From an uncultured Planctomycetia bacterium (GTDB taxonomy: Bacteria; Planctomycetota; UBA8108; UBA1146), in assembly GCA_964422295.1 (NCBI GenBank), contig CAYRAM010000015.1, positions 3,272 to 67,271 of the forward strand: DNA of 64,000 bases, written 5' to 3'. Shown here piece by piece: positions 18,812 through 27,175 of this stretch; within the stretch, counting starts at the first letter, position 1, and every line of letters begins with the position of its first letter. The notes below the pieces were generated by a model. That model had not been told where the DNA came from. It saw only the letters and a list, made by a program, of their open reading frames with translations, and searched no databases. The translations under genes and the position numbers were made by a program.

Positions 18812-20587
18812 GTGTTGTCTTTTCATCATTCCTCCAGGGGGTGTTGCTGGGTGATCGCAGGATTGTTTGCCGCAATCTTGGGTCCCGGTCTCCCCAACGT
18901 CTTTGCCGGAGAATCGCTAAAGATTGTCCCCGGAAACATCACTTCGGTGACCGTCTACCCAGGAATTGCCAATGTCGAACGGACAGCTGCGCTATCGCCA
19001 GGGGAACCTGGTAAGCGAAGCTTGTCTCTGGGTCCACTGCCTGCAGATCTGCGCGATCGTTCGGTCAAAGTGGCGACCAGTTCGGGCATCGAGGTTCTTT
19101 CAGTTCAGGTTCAGCGATCCAGCGGTGATCCGGTAGAGTCGAAGCGTGTTGCTGAATTGCGCGTGAATGTCGAAGAAGCAAAGCAGGCATTGCAGGCATT
19201 GACTCGCCAGGAAGAAACTCTGGAGGCATTGCAACAGCGCTATGAGGGAATGGTGCCAGGGAAACCGGGACCAGAAACGAAGTGGGCCCTGTCGTTGCAA
19301 GCGTGGCAAGGGATGGTCGACCTCATTCTCAAGGGCATCGATGTTACCACCCAGCAGCGAATGGAGTTGGTTCCGCAAGTCCGCGAGGCGGAGGATCGTT
19401 TTGAGAAATTTAAAATGGAGTTGGAGCAATTGACTGCTGGCTCGGAGCGCAGCCAAGCGACCATCGAGTTGGAAGTGTTCGATGCTGAAGGCGTGGGAGG
19501 TGTGTTCAGGGTTCAGTATCAGATACCCGGTGCAACCTGGTATCCCTCCTATGAGATGGAGGTCGATACGGAGAGAAAGGTTCTCCATCGGAGGTCGTAT
19601 GCGGAGGTGCGACAATGGACAGGGGAAGACTGGCCTGCGGTGCCGATGTTCTTTGCCACCAGTTTGCCAGAATCGGGGGCAGAGCCAGATAAATTGGTGG
19701 CTTTGAAGATCGAAAGACCCCGATATCTTCCCCAGGAACCGGTGCCCAATCCGCGCTCTTCGCCCAGGCCAGAATCATCGAGGGCGCTGGACCGCGGGAT
19801 CCCTGCAAAGTTGGAGAGTCCGAAGCTTGCTCGTAAAAGGTTGCAACCCGAGGTCGTGGGAGGGCTCCTCCTCGATGAGAAGCGAATAAGTTTTTTTGCT
19901 ACCGAAGACAAGCGGATTCCTCAGATGGATGATCGGGGATTTCTTGCCGTGTTCGAGGCGATACACGCAGCGCCGGTACCCTCCGATGGGACGATTCAGC
20001 GCAGGTTACATCGATTGAATCAATCACCGTACATACCAGATCACATCTGTCTTCCCGAATTGGAAGACGCGGTCTTCCGTCGATTGAAGATGCCACTGGA
20101 GGGGGAAGATCCCCTGCTTGCCGGATCGGCATCCGTATTCGCAGGAGATGATTATCTGGGGTTGACCCATATCAACAGGACAATTGCTCCAGGCGAAGAT
20201 CTCAAAATTGATTTGGGGATCCTCGATCAGGTCGTCGTAACACGAACGACGGAAGACTCGGAGGAAACCCGGGGTTTATTGAGTCGCTCCTTGCAATACC
20301 GAACCGATACTCGTTTACGTTTCGAGAATTTTGGTAATCGTACCGAAAGTTTTGAGGTTCAGGAGAGGATCCCGGTCAGTGATGAGGAATCGGTATCGAT
20401 CTCAGTCGACCGTGGATCTACCGATCCTGATCCTGAGGGAATGAACTCTTCAGATGGGATTCTGCGTTGGAAGATTTCTGTCGAACCAGGGCAATCGAAG
20501 GAGATTCGATTGGTTTGGACGATGCAGATTCCCAAGGAAAAGGTACTGAAGAGAAGAGAAGCCCCCGAAAGAAAGGGGGAAGAATGA
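18812..20587 (+). CDS. DUF4139/DUF4140 (MuiA-like) exported protein
   Basis: Signal-like N-terminus, ITSVTVYPGIANVER, coiled coil, YQIPGATWYPSY, QWTGEDW, LLAGSASVF, LRWKISVEPG. GTG 18812 with GGGAG RBS. Confidence 0.88.
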   Translation: MLSFHHSSRGCCWVIAGLFAAILGPGLPNVFAGESLKIVPGNITSVTVYPGIANVERTAALSPGEPGKRSLSLGPLPADLRDRSVKVATSSGIEVLSVQVQRSSGDPVESKRVAELRVNVEEAKQALQALTRQEETLEALQQRYEGMVPGKPGPETKWALSLQAWQGMVDLILKGIDVTTQQRMELVPQVREAEDRFEKFKMELEQLTAGSERSQATIELEVFDAEGVGGVFRVQYQIPGATWYPSYEMEVDTERKVLHRRSYAEVRQWTGEDWPAVPMFFATSLPESGAEPDKLVALKIERPRYLPQEPVPNPRSSPRPESSRALDRGIPAKLESPKLARKRLQPEVVGGLLLDEKRISFFATEDKRIPQMDDRGFLAVFEAIHAAPVPSDGTIQRRLHRLNQSPYIPDHICLPELEDAVFRRLKMPLEGEDPLLAGSASVFAGDDYLGLTHINRTIAPGEDLKIDLGILDQVVVTRTTEDSEETRGLLSRSLQYRTDTRLRFENFGNRTESFEVQERIPVSDEESVSISVDRGSTDPDPEGMNSSDGILRWKISVEPGQSKEIRLVWTMQIPKEKVLKRREAPERKGEE

Positions 20588-22335
20588 TGGGGTACGTGAC
20601 CCTTGGCAGAACTGCTCTGCTGCTCTTGTTGTTACCTGCGACTCTGGGCCTTGTTCTGAACACATCGATGGCTGTCGCACAGAACTCCAATGAGCTTGAT
20701 TCCAACGGGCTTGAATCCAATGGGCTTGAGCCCATCGTGGCGAAGTCCAACTCCCCGGTCGCCGTCACCGTGTTTGAAGACCGAGCCCGTGTCCGGCGCA
20801 GCGCAGAGGCCACTGTGGGAGAAGGCACCCACCGGTTGTTGTTTCGCCAACTCCCCGGGGAGCTCAACACCGACAGCCTGCACGGCAAGGTGTCAGGTTC
20901 GAGCAGTGGAGACATCCTTATTCTCGGGGTCCATCTCGATCCAGACTTTCCCGATCAAGGGACAGAGTTCCCCGAATCAACACTGAAGGCACGCCTGATT
21001 CAGATCGATGACGAACTCTTGGCGTTATGGTACGAATCTCAGAAAAATAATCTGTTTGTCAAAATGCTGGTCCGTTACTCCGAAATCCTGCGCAGTGTGG
21101 TCTCCGATTCGACTACTGTTGAGGACCGATCCCGGTGGAGAATCAAGGACATCGAACCGATCCAGCAGTGGCTGTTGAACGGAGAAGTCCGCGCTGCAGC
21201 GGAAGCGGATCGCTTGGCAAGACTGCGGTCAAACTTGCGACGGCAACGGCAAGACATCCTGAATGACCTTGAGAATTTCCGCAGGGATTCCGAGCGTTTG
21301 GTTTGGAATGCAACGGTGACTTTTCTGGCTTCCGAAGCGACGACCGCGACCATCGAACTCGCATACGACATTCCATCCGCCCGCTGGGAGCCGATTCATG
21401 AAGCCAGACTGGATGAAGATACCGGTTGGGTAACCTGGAACCAGCGTGCCAGAGTCATCCAATCTTCCGGTGAGCATTGGACCGGGGTGGAGATGACTCT
21501 CTCCACACTGAGGTCTTCATTGGGACTCAGCGCAGGAGAATTGATACCGGTGGAAGTTTCCTTGGCGGATCGGGAGGAGCCTACAGACGGTGCAGTGACC
21601 ACCGCTGATCTGCTCGAACGGGAGGCCCTCGTGGGAAGGCCATTGCGGGAAGAACCCGAGACTGATGCAGGTGATTGGTCTTCCCCCGTGATCGAAACGG
21701 GATTCGGAGGAGTGGTCTCCTTCCGCATCAAAAATCGGGTTGATATTCCTGCTGATGGCAGCCCCCATACCGTCAATATTCAGACCTGGAAGGGTGAGTC
21801 GAAACTCGATTACGAGGCGATCCCTTCCTTGGGACAGGGGATCTATCGCAGGGCAAAGTTGATTTCACCAGGGCCAGGCATGTTGCTTTCGGGGGAAGTG
21901 CAGTGCTTCAGATCGGGTACCTACGTCGGGTTGGGGGAGATCGGCAATATCGCACCGGGACAGGAATTCAAACAGTACTTCGGACTCGATGGACGATTGA
22001 AACTGTTTGTCCAGGAACTTGCAGAAGTACAGACACCATCCCGGTCCGCCTTTTCCAGCCCCAAGTATGAGAAAAAAGCACTCTATGCGGTGACCTCATT
22101 CCTAGATAAACCCGCACTGGTGGAGATCGTCGGCAGGATACCTGTCAGCATGGTTGAGGAGTTGGTGATCGAGGTCGGAAAGGAAACCGATCCGGAAGCC
22201 GAAGTCAGCCGTGATGGTATTTGCCGTTGGGAATTGGCACTCGATCCGGGGGAACGCAAGGAAGTCATCTTTCACTGGATCGCAGAGGCGGACAGGGGCA
22301 GCGAATCTCTATTGGATCTGGTCGATGACGATTGA
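20584..22335 (+). CDS. Second DUF4139/DUF4140 (MuiA-like) exported protein
   Basis: Signal peptide, VTVFEDRARVRR, ARWEPIHEARL, QSSGEHW, LLSGEVQCFRSGTYVG, CRWELALDPGE; ATGA overlap with the first copy. Confidence 0.88.
   Translation: MMGYVTLGRTALLLLLLPATLGLVLNTSMAVAQNSNELDSNGLESNGLEPIVAKSNSPVAVTVFEDRARVRRSAEATVGEGTHRLLFRQLPGELNTDSLHGKVSGSSSGDILILGVHLDPDFPDQGTEFPESTLKARLIQIDDELLALWYESQKNNLFVKMLVRYSEILRSVVSDSTTVEDRSRWRIKDIEPIQQWLLNGEVRAAAEADRLARLRSNLRRQRQDILNDLENFRRDSERLVWNATVTFLASEATTATIELAYDIPSARWEPIHEARLDEDTGWVTWNQRARVIQSSGEHWTGVEMTLSTLRSSLGLSAGELIPVEVSLADREEPTDGAVTTADLLEREALVGRPLREEPETDAGDWSSPVIETGFGGVVSFRIKNRVDIPADGSPHTVNIQTWKGESKLDYEAIPSLGQGIYRRAKLISPGPGMLLSGEVQCFRSGTYVGLGEIGNIAPGQEFKQYFGLDGRLKLFVQELAEVQTPSRSAFSSPKYEKKALYAVTSFLDKPALVEIVGRIPVSMVEELVIEVGKETDPEAEVSRDGICRWELALDPGERKEVIFHWIAEADRGSESLLDLVDDD
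20686..20730 (+). repeat. Three imperfect 15-bp tandem repeats (SNELD-SNGLE-SNGLE)
   Basis: tccaatgagcttgat / tccaacgggcttgaa / tccaatgggcttgag, just after the signal peptide. Confidence 0.8.
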
Positions 22336-22603
22336 AGAAAAAATTGAGCAATTCTTTAATTCCGACGGCAGGGCCAGAAAAGAACAGTTGAAGGAGATTC
22401 TCAAAGAGCCGCTCACACCTGAACAAGCCGAATCACTCGCTCCGGCGATCAAGGACAGGAGTCCCAGGATCAGTGCCAGAGTGACTGCGTTGTTGGCAAA
22501 ACATCAATTGGAGAATTGTTTTGAAGAACAACTATCAGGTTTGAAACCCGGGAAGCAAACTCTGCTAAGAAGCCAATTTCTAAAGATCAAATCTCGGCAA
22601 TAA
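22325..22603 (+). CDS. Small helical hypothetical protein (HEAT-like)
   Basis: ATG 22325 overlaps the upstream stop; helical pattern with LAPAIKDRSPRISARVTALL. Confidence 0.55.
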   Translation: MTIEEKIEQFFNSDGRARKEQLKEILKEPLTPEQAESLAPAIKDRSPRISARVTALLAKHQLENCFEEQLSGLKPGKQTLLRSQFLKIKSRQ

Positions 22604-22623
22604 CTCGCCCTGCTCGCTGCGGA

Positions 22624-23121
22624 TCAGTGATTGCGATCTTCCAGGCCGCCATTGCCTTCTTCCCGATGGCCTTCAAATTCTCCGGGTACGATCTCCTCCA
22701 GCAATACCGCTTCCACATCTGCGGTGCCGAGGATCTCGGTTTTGTTGAATACCACTTCCCATGTGTAACGCCCCGGTTCAGGAAACTCCATCGGCGGCAG
22801 CTCAAAGATGCATTCGTGATGCTCTCTTCGATCATCGTGGTAGATATCAAACTCGGGGCTTTCCTCAAGAATCGTGTCATCCACGAGTCTCTTGAAACGG
22901 AATGAAACCTTGTGGAGCCCGGAAAAATCACTGAGATTGATATATAGAGTTGCGGGACCGTACTCCGCTGGAAACTCGGCGAGGCGCACCTTATTGAATG
23001 TCCCTGCGAGGACGCACTTCGTCGATTCGTCATCTTTGTATACCCGGTCACAGAGCAAGATTGCCTGAACGAGGGGAACGAGAGGCTTGGTCAAGAAGAG
23101 GCCTGCTTTCTGTGTCCGCAT
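22624..23121 (-). CDS. DUF6941-like hypothetical protein
   Basis: QAILLCDRVYKD..TKCVLAGTFN...FPA...LYINLSD...FPEPGRYTWEV; GGAG RBS. Confidence 0.7.
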   Translation of the reverse strand: MRTQKAGLFLTKPLVPLVQAILLCDRVYKDDESTKCVLAGTFNKVRLAEFPAEYGPATLYINLSDFSGLHKVSFRFKRLVDDTILEESPEFDIYHDDRREHHECIFELPPMEFPEPGRYTWEVVFNKTEILGTADVEAVLLEEIVPGEFEGHREEGNGGLEDRNH

Positions 23122-23344
23122 GGATCAAACTCCGGGGCGAGCCGGATTCTACCTTCTTGGTAAAAATCCCTCCAGCAACCCGGTTGTGAACCTGGAGATG
23201 AGGTTGGAGACATTTACCTAAGGATCGGTCTACTCTAAGGTACCGATTTCTTCCCCCCCGATCCACCCCGGTTAAACACGTCAGATCCGCTCTTCTTGAC
23301 CCTTATGGGGTGGTCTCACAGAATGGCCCAAGTCGGAGCCCTGA

Positions 23345-23971
23345 ATGGGGACCGCTAATTTTGGGGTTGGCCGGGAGTGGAAATGGGTGGTGTCTCTCTT
23401 GCGAATGGTGTCAGTGCGTGAAACAGCATGGTTGAACACCTCGCCCGCTTCGATCTGGGCACAATTGACCGATGTGGAAGAATGGTCGCAATGGTGTCAG
23501 GGGATCCGCCGATCTGAATTTCAGCGAGGCTTGAGTTTTGCCCCGGGAACGCGAATCCATCTTGTTTGGGAGTCGCCAGTTCCGGCGCCACTCCAAGGTG
23601 GAACCATCTCGATGATTCGTGATCCTGCGGAGATCAGGGTCAGACAGGTGGGGATGGTGAAGATGGGGATGGTGAAGAGTTACCGCAGGGAGAGTTACCC
23701 TTTCCATCAACCCGATGACTCAGTGCGAAAAGGAGATTCGCAAATAGATTGCTATCAGTTGGCCTGGTTTTCAGGGTGGGGACCCTGGAGATCTGATGCC
23801 TGTATTACACTGAGATCGGATGGAGCAGGATCAAGGGTTGAGTTCTTAAGCACGTGGCAAGGTTGGGGATCCTGGTTTGTGTCCAAGAACTTGGCGGCGT
23901 GTGGAATCGGGCAGCGATCTTGGTTGGCGGATTTACAGGTGACCATTGAACGGATTGGAAGTTTTGGATGA
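23345..23971 (+). CDS. SRPBCC (START/polyketide cyclase-like) family protein
   Basis: N-terminal pattern SPASIWAQLTDVEEWSQW and C-terminal helix WLADLQVTIE; start may be ATG 23405. Confidence 0.65.
   Translation: MGTANFGVGREWKWVVSLLRMVSVRETAWLNTSPASIWAQLTDVEEWSQWCQGIRRSEFQRGLSFAPGTRIHLVWESPVPAPLQGGTISMIRDPAEIRVRQVGMVKMGMVKSYRRESYPFHQPDDSVRKGDSQIDCYQLAWFSGWGPWRSDACITLRSDGAGSRVEFLSTWQGWGSWFVSKNLAACGIGQRSWLADLQVTIERIGSFG
23649..23678 (+). repeat. Perfect 15-bp tandem duplication within the SRPBCC gene
   Basis: TGGGGATGGTGAAGA twice (VGMVK-MGMVK). Confidence 0.85.
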
Positions 23972-25353
23972 CCACTCCCATGACCCCCATGAGAACCCTC
24001 TGGTACATGGGGGCGAAGACCCGACTTTGTGAGGAATTTATCGATGGTGCGGTCAGAGATCTGGTTTCACCTGGGGCGACGATCCTCGATGCCTGTTCCG
24101 GTACAGCAGCTGTGGGGCGCTGGTTTGCGGGGGACTACCGAATTCTGGCCAATGATGTTCAGACATTTGCATCTGTGATCGCCAGGGCCCATTTGGAAGT
24201 ATCGACGCAATGGTCCGAGGAACTGGATTCCCTCGAACCTGAGTCAGACCTTGCCATGGCGAGGGATACAAACCATGCACTCCTTGCAGAAGAGTATGGT
24301 GATGCACTGGAACAGGAAGAGCAACTCCTGGATAGAATCCTGTCAGGTACGGGGGATGAGAATGCTCTCGAAGAGTATCGAAAATTTTGTTCGATATCCC
24401 CGATGCCTTATCAGGAGATTTGCACCGATTCCGGAGATGATTCAGACCCATACCGATCGGTTCGACAACAACTCCCTCAAATGTTGAAGCAGCGTCGATC
24501 AGAGCCTGAGACAACCCCCGCCGTGATGTGCACCGCATATTGGGGACAGGTCTATTTTGGATTGAAACAAGCCATCATGATCGACTCGATTCGCCAGGCG
24601 ATCCGTGAGATTTCCCTGGAATCTGAGTTTGGTGCCGAGAAAAGGTCTTTGTATCTCGCAGCACTCCTTCATGCGGTCTCGGTGAGCACTTCCGGAACCA
24701 GTCACTTTGCCCAACCCCGATCGGTCATCAAAGACTCAGAGTTGATGGCTGTTGCAAAAAGAAGATCCATCGATATCGAAGAGCAATTTGAATTGGCGCT
24801 CGAAGCGATACGCCGTGAAGTATTAGAGCGTCCCCGATTGTCGGGAAACAAAGTGTTCTGCAGCGAGATTGACGACCTCATCGGCGAGGAAAGCCCCATC
24901 TCAGGGAATTCGTTGGATCTCGTCTACCTCGATCCACCCTACACCGCTGATAATTACAGTCGCTTCTATCATGTACTCGAAACACTGGCTCTCTACGACT
25001 ACCCCGAATTGCAGTGTCGCGGGGATGAATTGACCAAGGGCCGATACCCCGTTCGAGAAAATCGATTCTCCTCTGATTTCTGCAGTGGCTCCCATGTCGA
25101 AAGTGCATTCCGCAGAGTGGCAGAGGGTTGTATTCGTCATGGGGCCAAGCTGTTGATCTCCTATTCGGGAGATTCCGGATTGCTCACACGAAAGTGGCAG
25201 AGAGAGGGTCATGACAAACCTGCTGCCAAGCTCCGAGAGTTGATGCTCGAGTATTTCAGCAGCGTGGAGATTCGGGAGCAGCAATTGATGCATTCCGGGC
25301 AAGGCGACACCAACAAATCGGTGCAGGAGTTGCTCCTGCTGTGCGAGGCCTGA
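23968..25353 (+). CDS. DNA adenine methyltransferase (D12/FokI-type), copy 1
   Basis: YMGAKTRL, motif I DACSGTAAVG, ILANDVQ, motif IV YLDPPY, SRFYHVLETL, SSDFC, LLISYS. Confidence 0.88.
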   Translation: MTTPMTPMRTLWYMGAKTRLCEEFIDGAVRDLVSPGATILDACSGTAAVGRWFAGDYRILANDVQTFASVIARAHLEVSTQWSEELDSLEPESDLAMARDTNHALLAEEYGDALEQEEQLLDRILSGTGDENALEEYRKFCSISPMPYQEICTDSGDDSDPYRSVRQQLPQMLKQRRSEPETTPAVMCTAYWGQVYFGLKQAIMIDSIRQAIREISLESEFGAEKRSLYLAALLHAVSVSTSGTSHFAQPRSVIKDSELMAVAKRRSIDIEEQFELALEAIRREVLERPRLSGNKVFCSEIDDLIGEESPISGNSLDLVYLDPPYTADNYSRFYHVLETLALYDYPELQCRGDELTKGRYPVRENRFSSDFCSGSHVESAFRRVAEGCIRHGAKLLISYSGDSGLLTRKWQREGHDKPAAKLRELMLEYFSSVEIREQQLMHSGQGDTNKSVQELLLLCEA

Positions 25354-26564
25354 ACTTGCGTTGGCTGGGAAACAAGACCGCTTTGCTGGATGAGATTCTG
25401 TCCGTCGCCAAGGCTGCCGGATTCACAGGCGGAACCGTGTGCGATCTTTTCGCAGGAAGTGGATCGGTAGGCAGGTTCTTCCGATCTCGTGGCTGTCGGG
25501 TGATCTCCACCGATCTGATGAATTGTTCCCTCGTCTTCCAAAAGACATATCTGGAGACGGAGTCTGCGCCGACATTCGCAGGGATCGAGAATCTCTGGTC
25601 AGATTTAGAGCCCCTCGATCACTCCCGATTGTCCGCATTAGATGAGGCTCAGCGGCCTTCTTGGATTCCCTTTCTGCAGGTGGCGAACTATTTGGAAGCC
25701 GAGCTCGAGCCCCACAAGGGAATTCTGTATCGACAGTTTTCTCCTCAAGGTACTGAGGGAAGACATTATCTAACCGGTGAAAATGCCGCTCGCATCGATG
25801 CAATCTTGAACGCAGTGCGGGATTGGCGAATCTCCGAATTGTTAACTGACCAGGAGGTGTGGCTACTTCTCGCCAGTTGCATCGATGCCGTCGACCGAGT
25901 GGCAAACATATCGGGCACCTACGGAGCGTATCTAAAGAAGTTTCAAAAAAGTGCCTTGAGACCCTTGGAATTGAGGGCCCCTGCGATCGTTCCCGGACCG
26001 ATCGGGAGTGCTCACAGAAAAGATGCACTGGATTGGATCGAGAGCGTGGAGTGTGAACTGCTCTACATCGATCCACCCTACAATCAGCGTCAGTATCCAG
26101 CGAATTATCATCTTCCCGAAATTTTGTCGTTGCTTCCCTTTGAAGAGTCCGATGAACAGATCGAGGCATCGATCTATGGAAAGACGGGATTGATCCCCTG
26201 GAAAGACAAGGCATCACCCTTGTGCAGTCGACGCGGCGATGAATGTTTTCGTTCGATGAAAAGTTTGATTGAAGATTCAAATGCGAAAATCATCGTCTTT
26301 TCCTATAGCGAGGAAGGAATCCTCAATCGCGAAGAATTGGAATCCCTGCTGGGGGATTGGTCCGATACGGGATCAGGCTCAAATGTATCACTGTTGGAGA
26401 TACCCTATCGGCGATTTCGCAGCGATTCAGAGGAGAGTGGTTCTTCCGGTCAAGTGGGGCGAATCTTCAAGCCCGCGCCTGGGAGATCTCCGGATGAGGT
26501 ACAGGAGTGGTTGTTTGTTGCCATGAGAAAATCGGACTCTGAGCGCGCAGGGAGAGTCTGTTGA
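25341..26564 (+). CDS. DNA adenine methyltransferase (FokI/NlaIII-type), copy 2
   Basis: RWLGNKTALL, motif I DLFAGSGSVG, VDRVANISGTYGAYLK, motif IV YIDPPYNQRQYPANYHL, FSYSEEG, EWLF. Confidence 0.92.
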   Translation: MRGLNLRWLGNKTALLDEILSVAKAAGFTGGTVCDLFAGSGSVGRFFRSRGCRVISTDLMNCSLVFQKTYLETESAPTFAGIENLWSDLEPLDHSRLSALDEAQRPSWIPFLQVANYLEAELEPHKGILYRQFSPQGTEGRHYLTGENAARIDAILNAVRDWRISELLTDQEVWLLLASCIDAVDRVANISGTYGAYLKKFQKSALRPLELRAPAIVPGPIGSAHRKDALDWIESVECELLYIDPPYNQRQYPANYHLPEILSLLPFEESDEQIEASIYGKTGLIPWKDKASPLCSRRGDECFRSMKSLIEDSNAKIIVFSYSEEGILNREELESLLGDWSDTGSGSNVSLLEIPYRRFRSDSEESGSSGQVGRIFKPAPGRSPDEVQEWLFVAMRKSDSERAGRVC

Positions 26565-26926
26565 ACTCCAGAGCCTTGGGTGCAATATCCTTTTTTCTTG
26601 CAGGTATCGCGGTCGCGCTGGCGGCGCTGGGAGCACACCTTCTCGAAGGGCGTTGGCATGACGAGGCCGCCCCTGGGCAGTACGCGACAGCGACCCGGAT
26701 TCTGTTTTGGCACTCCATCGGAATTTGGATCTGTTCGCGGCCCGGCTCGGGGATGGCTGCTTGCGGGTGGAGTATGTTTATCTCCGTAATCTTGTTTTGT
26801 GTTCCCGTTTACCTCTTGTCCCTCGGAGCTCCCAGTTGGCTCGGCATGATCGCCCCGCTCGGTGGATTGGGTCTGATCGGATCATGGTTTTGGATGGCCT
26901 GGAGTCAATATCGATCTTCCCATTAG
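26561..26926 (+). CDS. DUF423 (YgdD/TMEM256) family membrane protein
   Basis: ALAALGAH, ILFWHSIG, LFCVPVYL, WLGMIAPLGGLGLIGSW; TTGA overlap with MTase 2. Confidence 0.88.
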   Translation: MNSRALGAISFFLAGIAVALAALGAHLLEGRWHDEAAPGQYATATRILFWHSIGIWICSRPGSGMAACGWSMFISVILFCVPVYLLSLGAPSWLGMIAPLGGLGLIGSWFWMAWSQYRSSH

Positions 26927-27175
26927 CAGCAACTCTTCCATAACTTCAATATCAGTAAGAAGTTCAGGAGTTTTCAGAGAAAAACTAACTCGCAGAATGT
27001 AAATATTTTCAAAATAAATGTAAACCAGAGTGTCGCATGGTCCCATCCGAAAGGTTACATTTGGCCGTATAGGCAAGGGAGTTCTATGAGGCTCGCCTGT
27101 CTTAATTTATTGAACGGTCACATTCCAGCCTCTCGTCACTTCGCTTTGTTGATGAGAGTTATTGGGGAATTGAAT

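Noticed and set aside
23345-26926. Complete type II restriction-modification system
   Set aside because: The flanking genes look like SRPBCC and DUF423, not PD-(D/E)xK, HNH or GIY-YIG nucleases.
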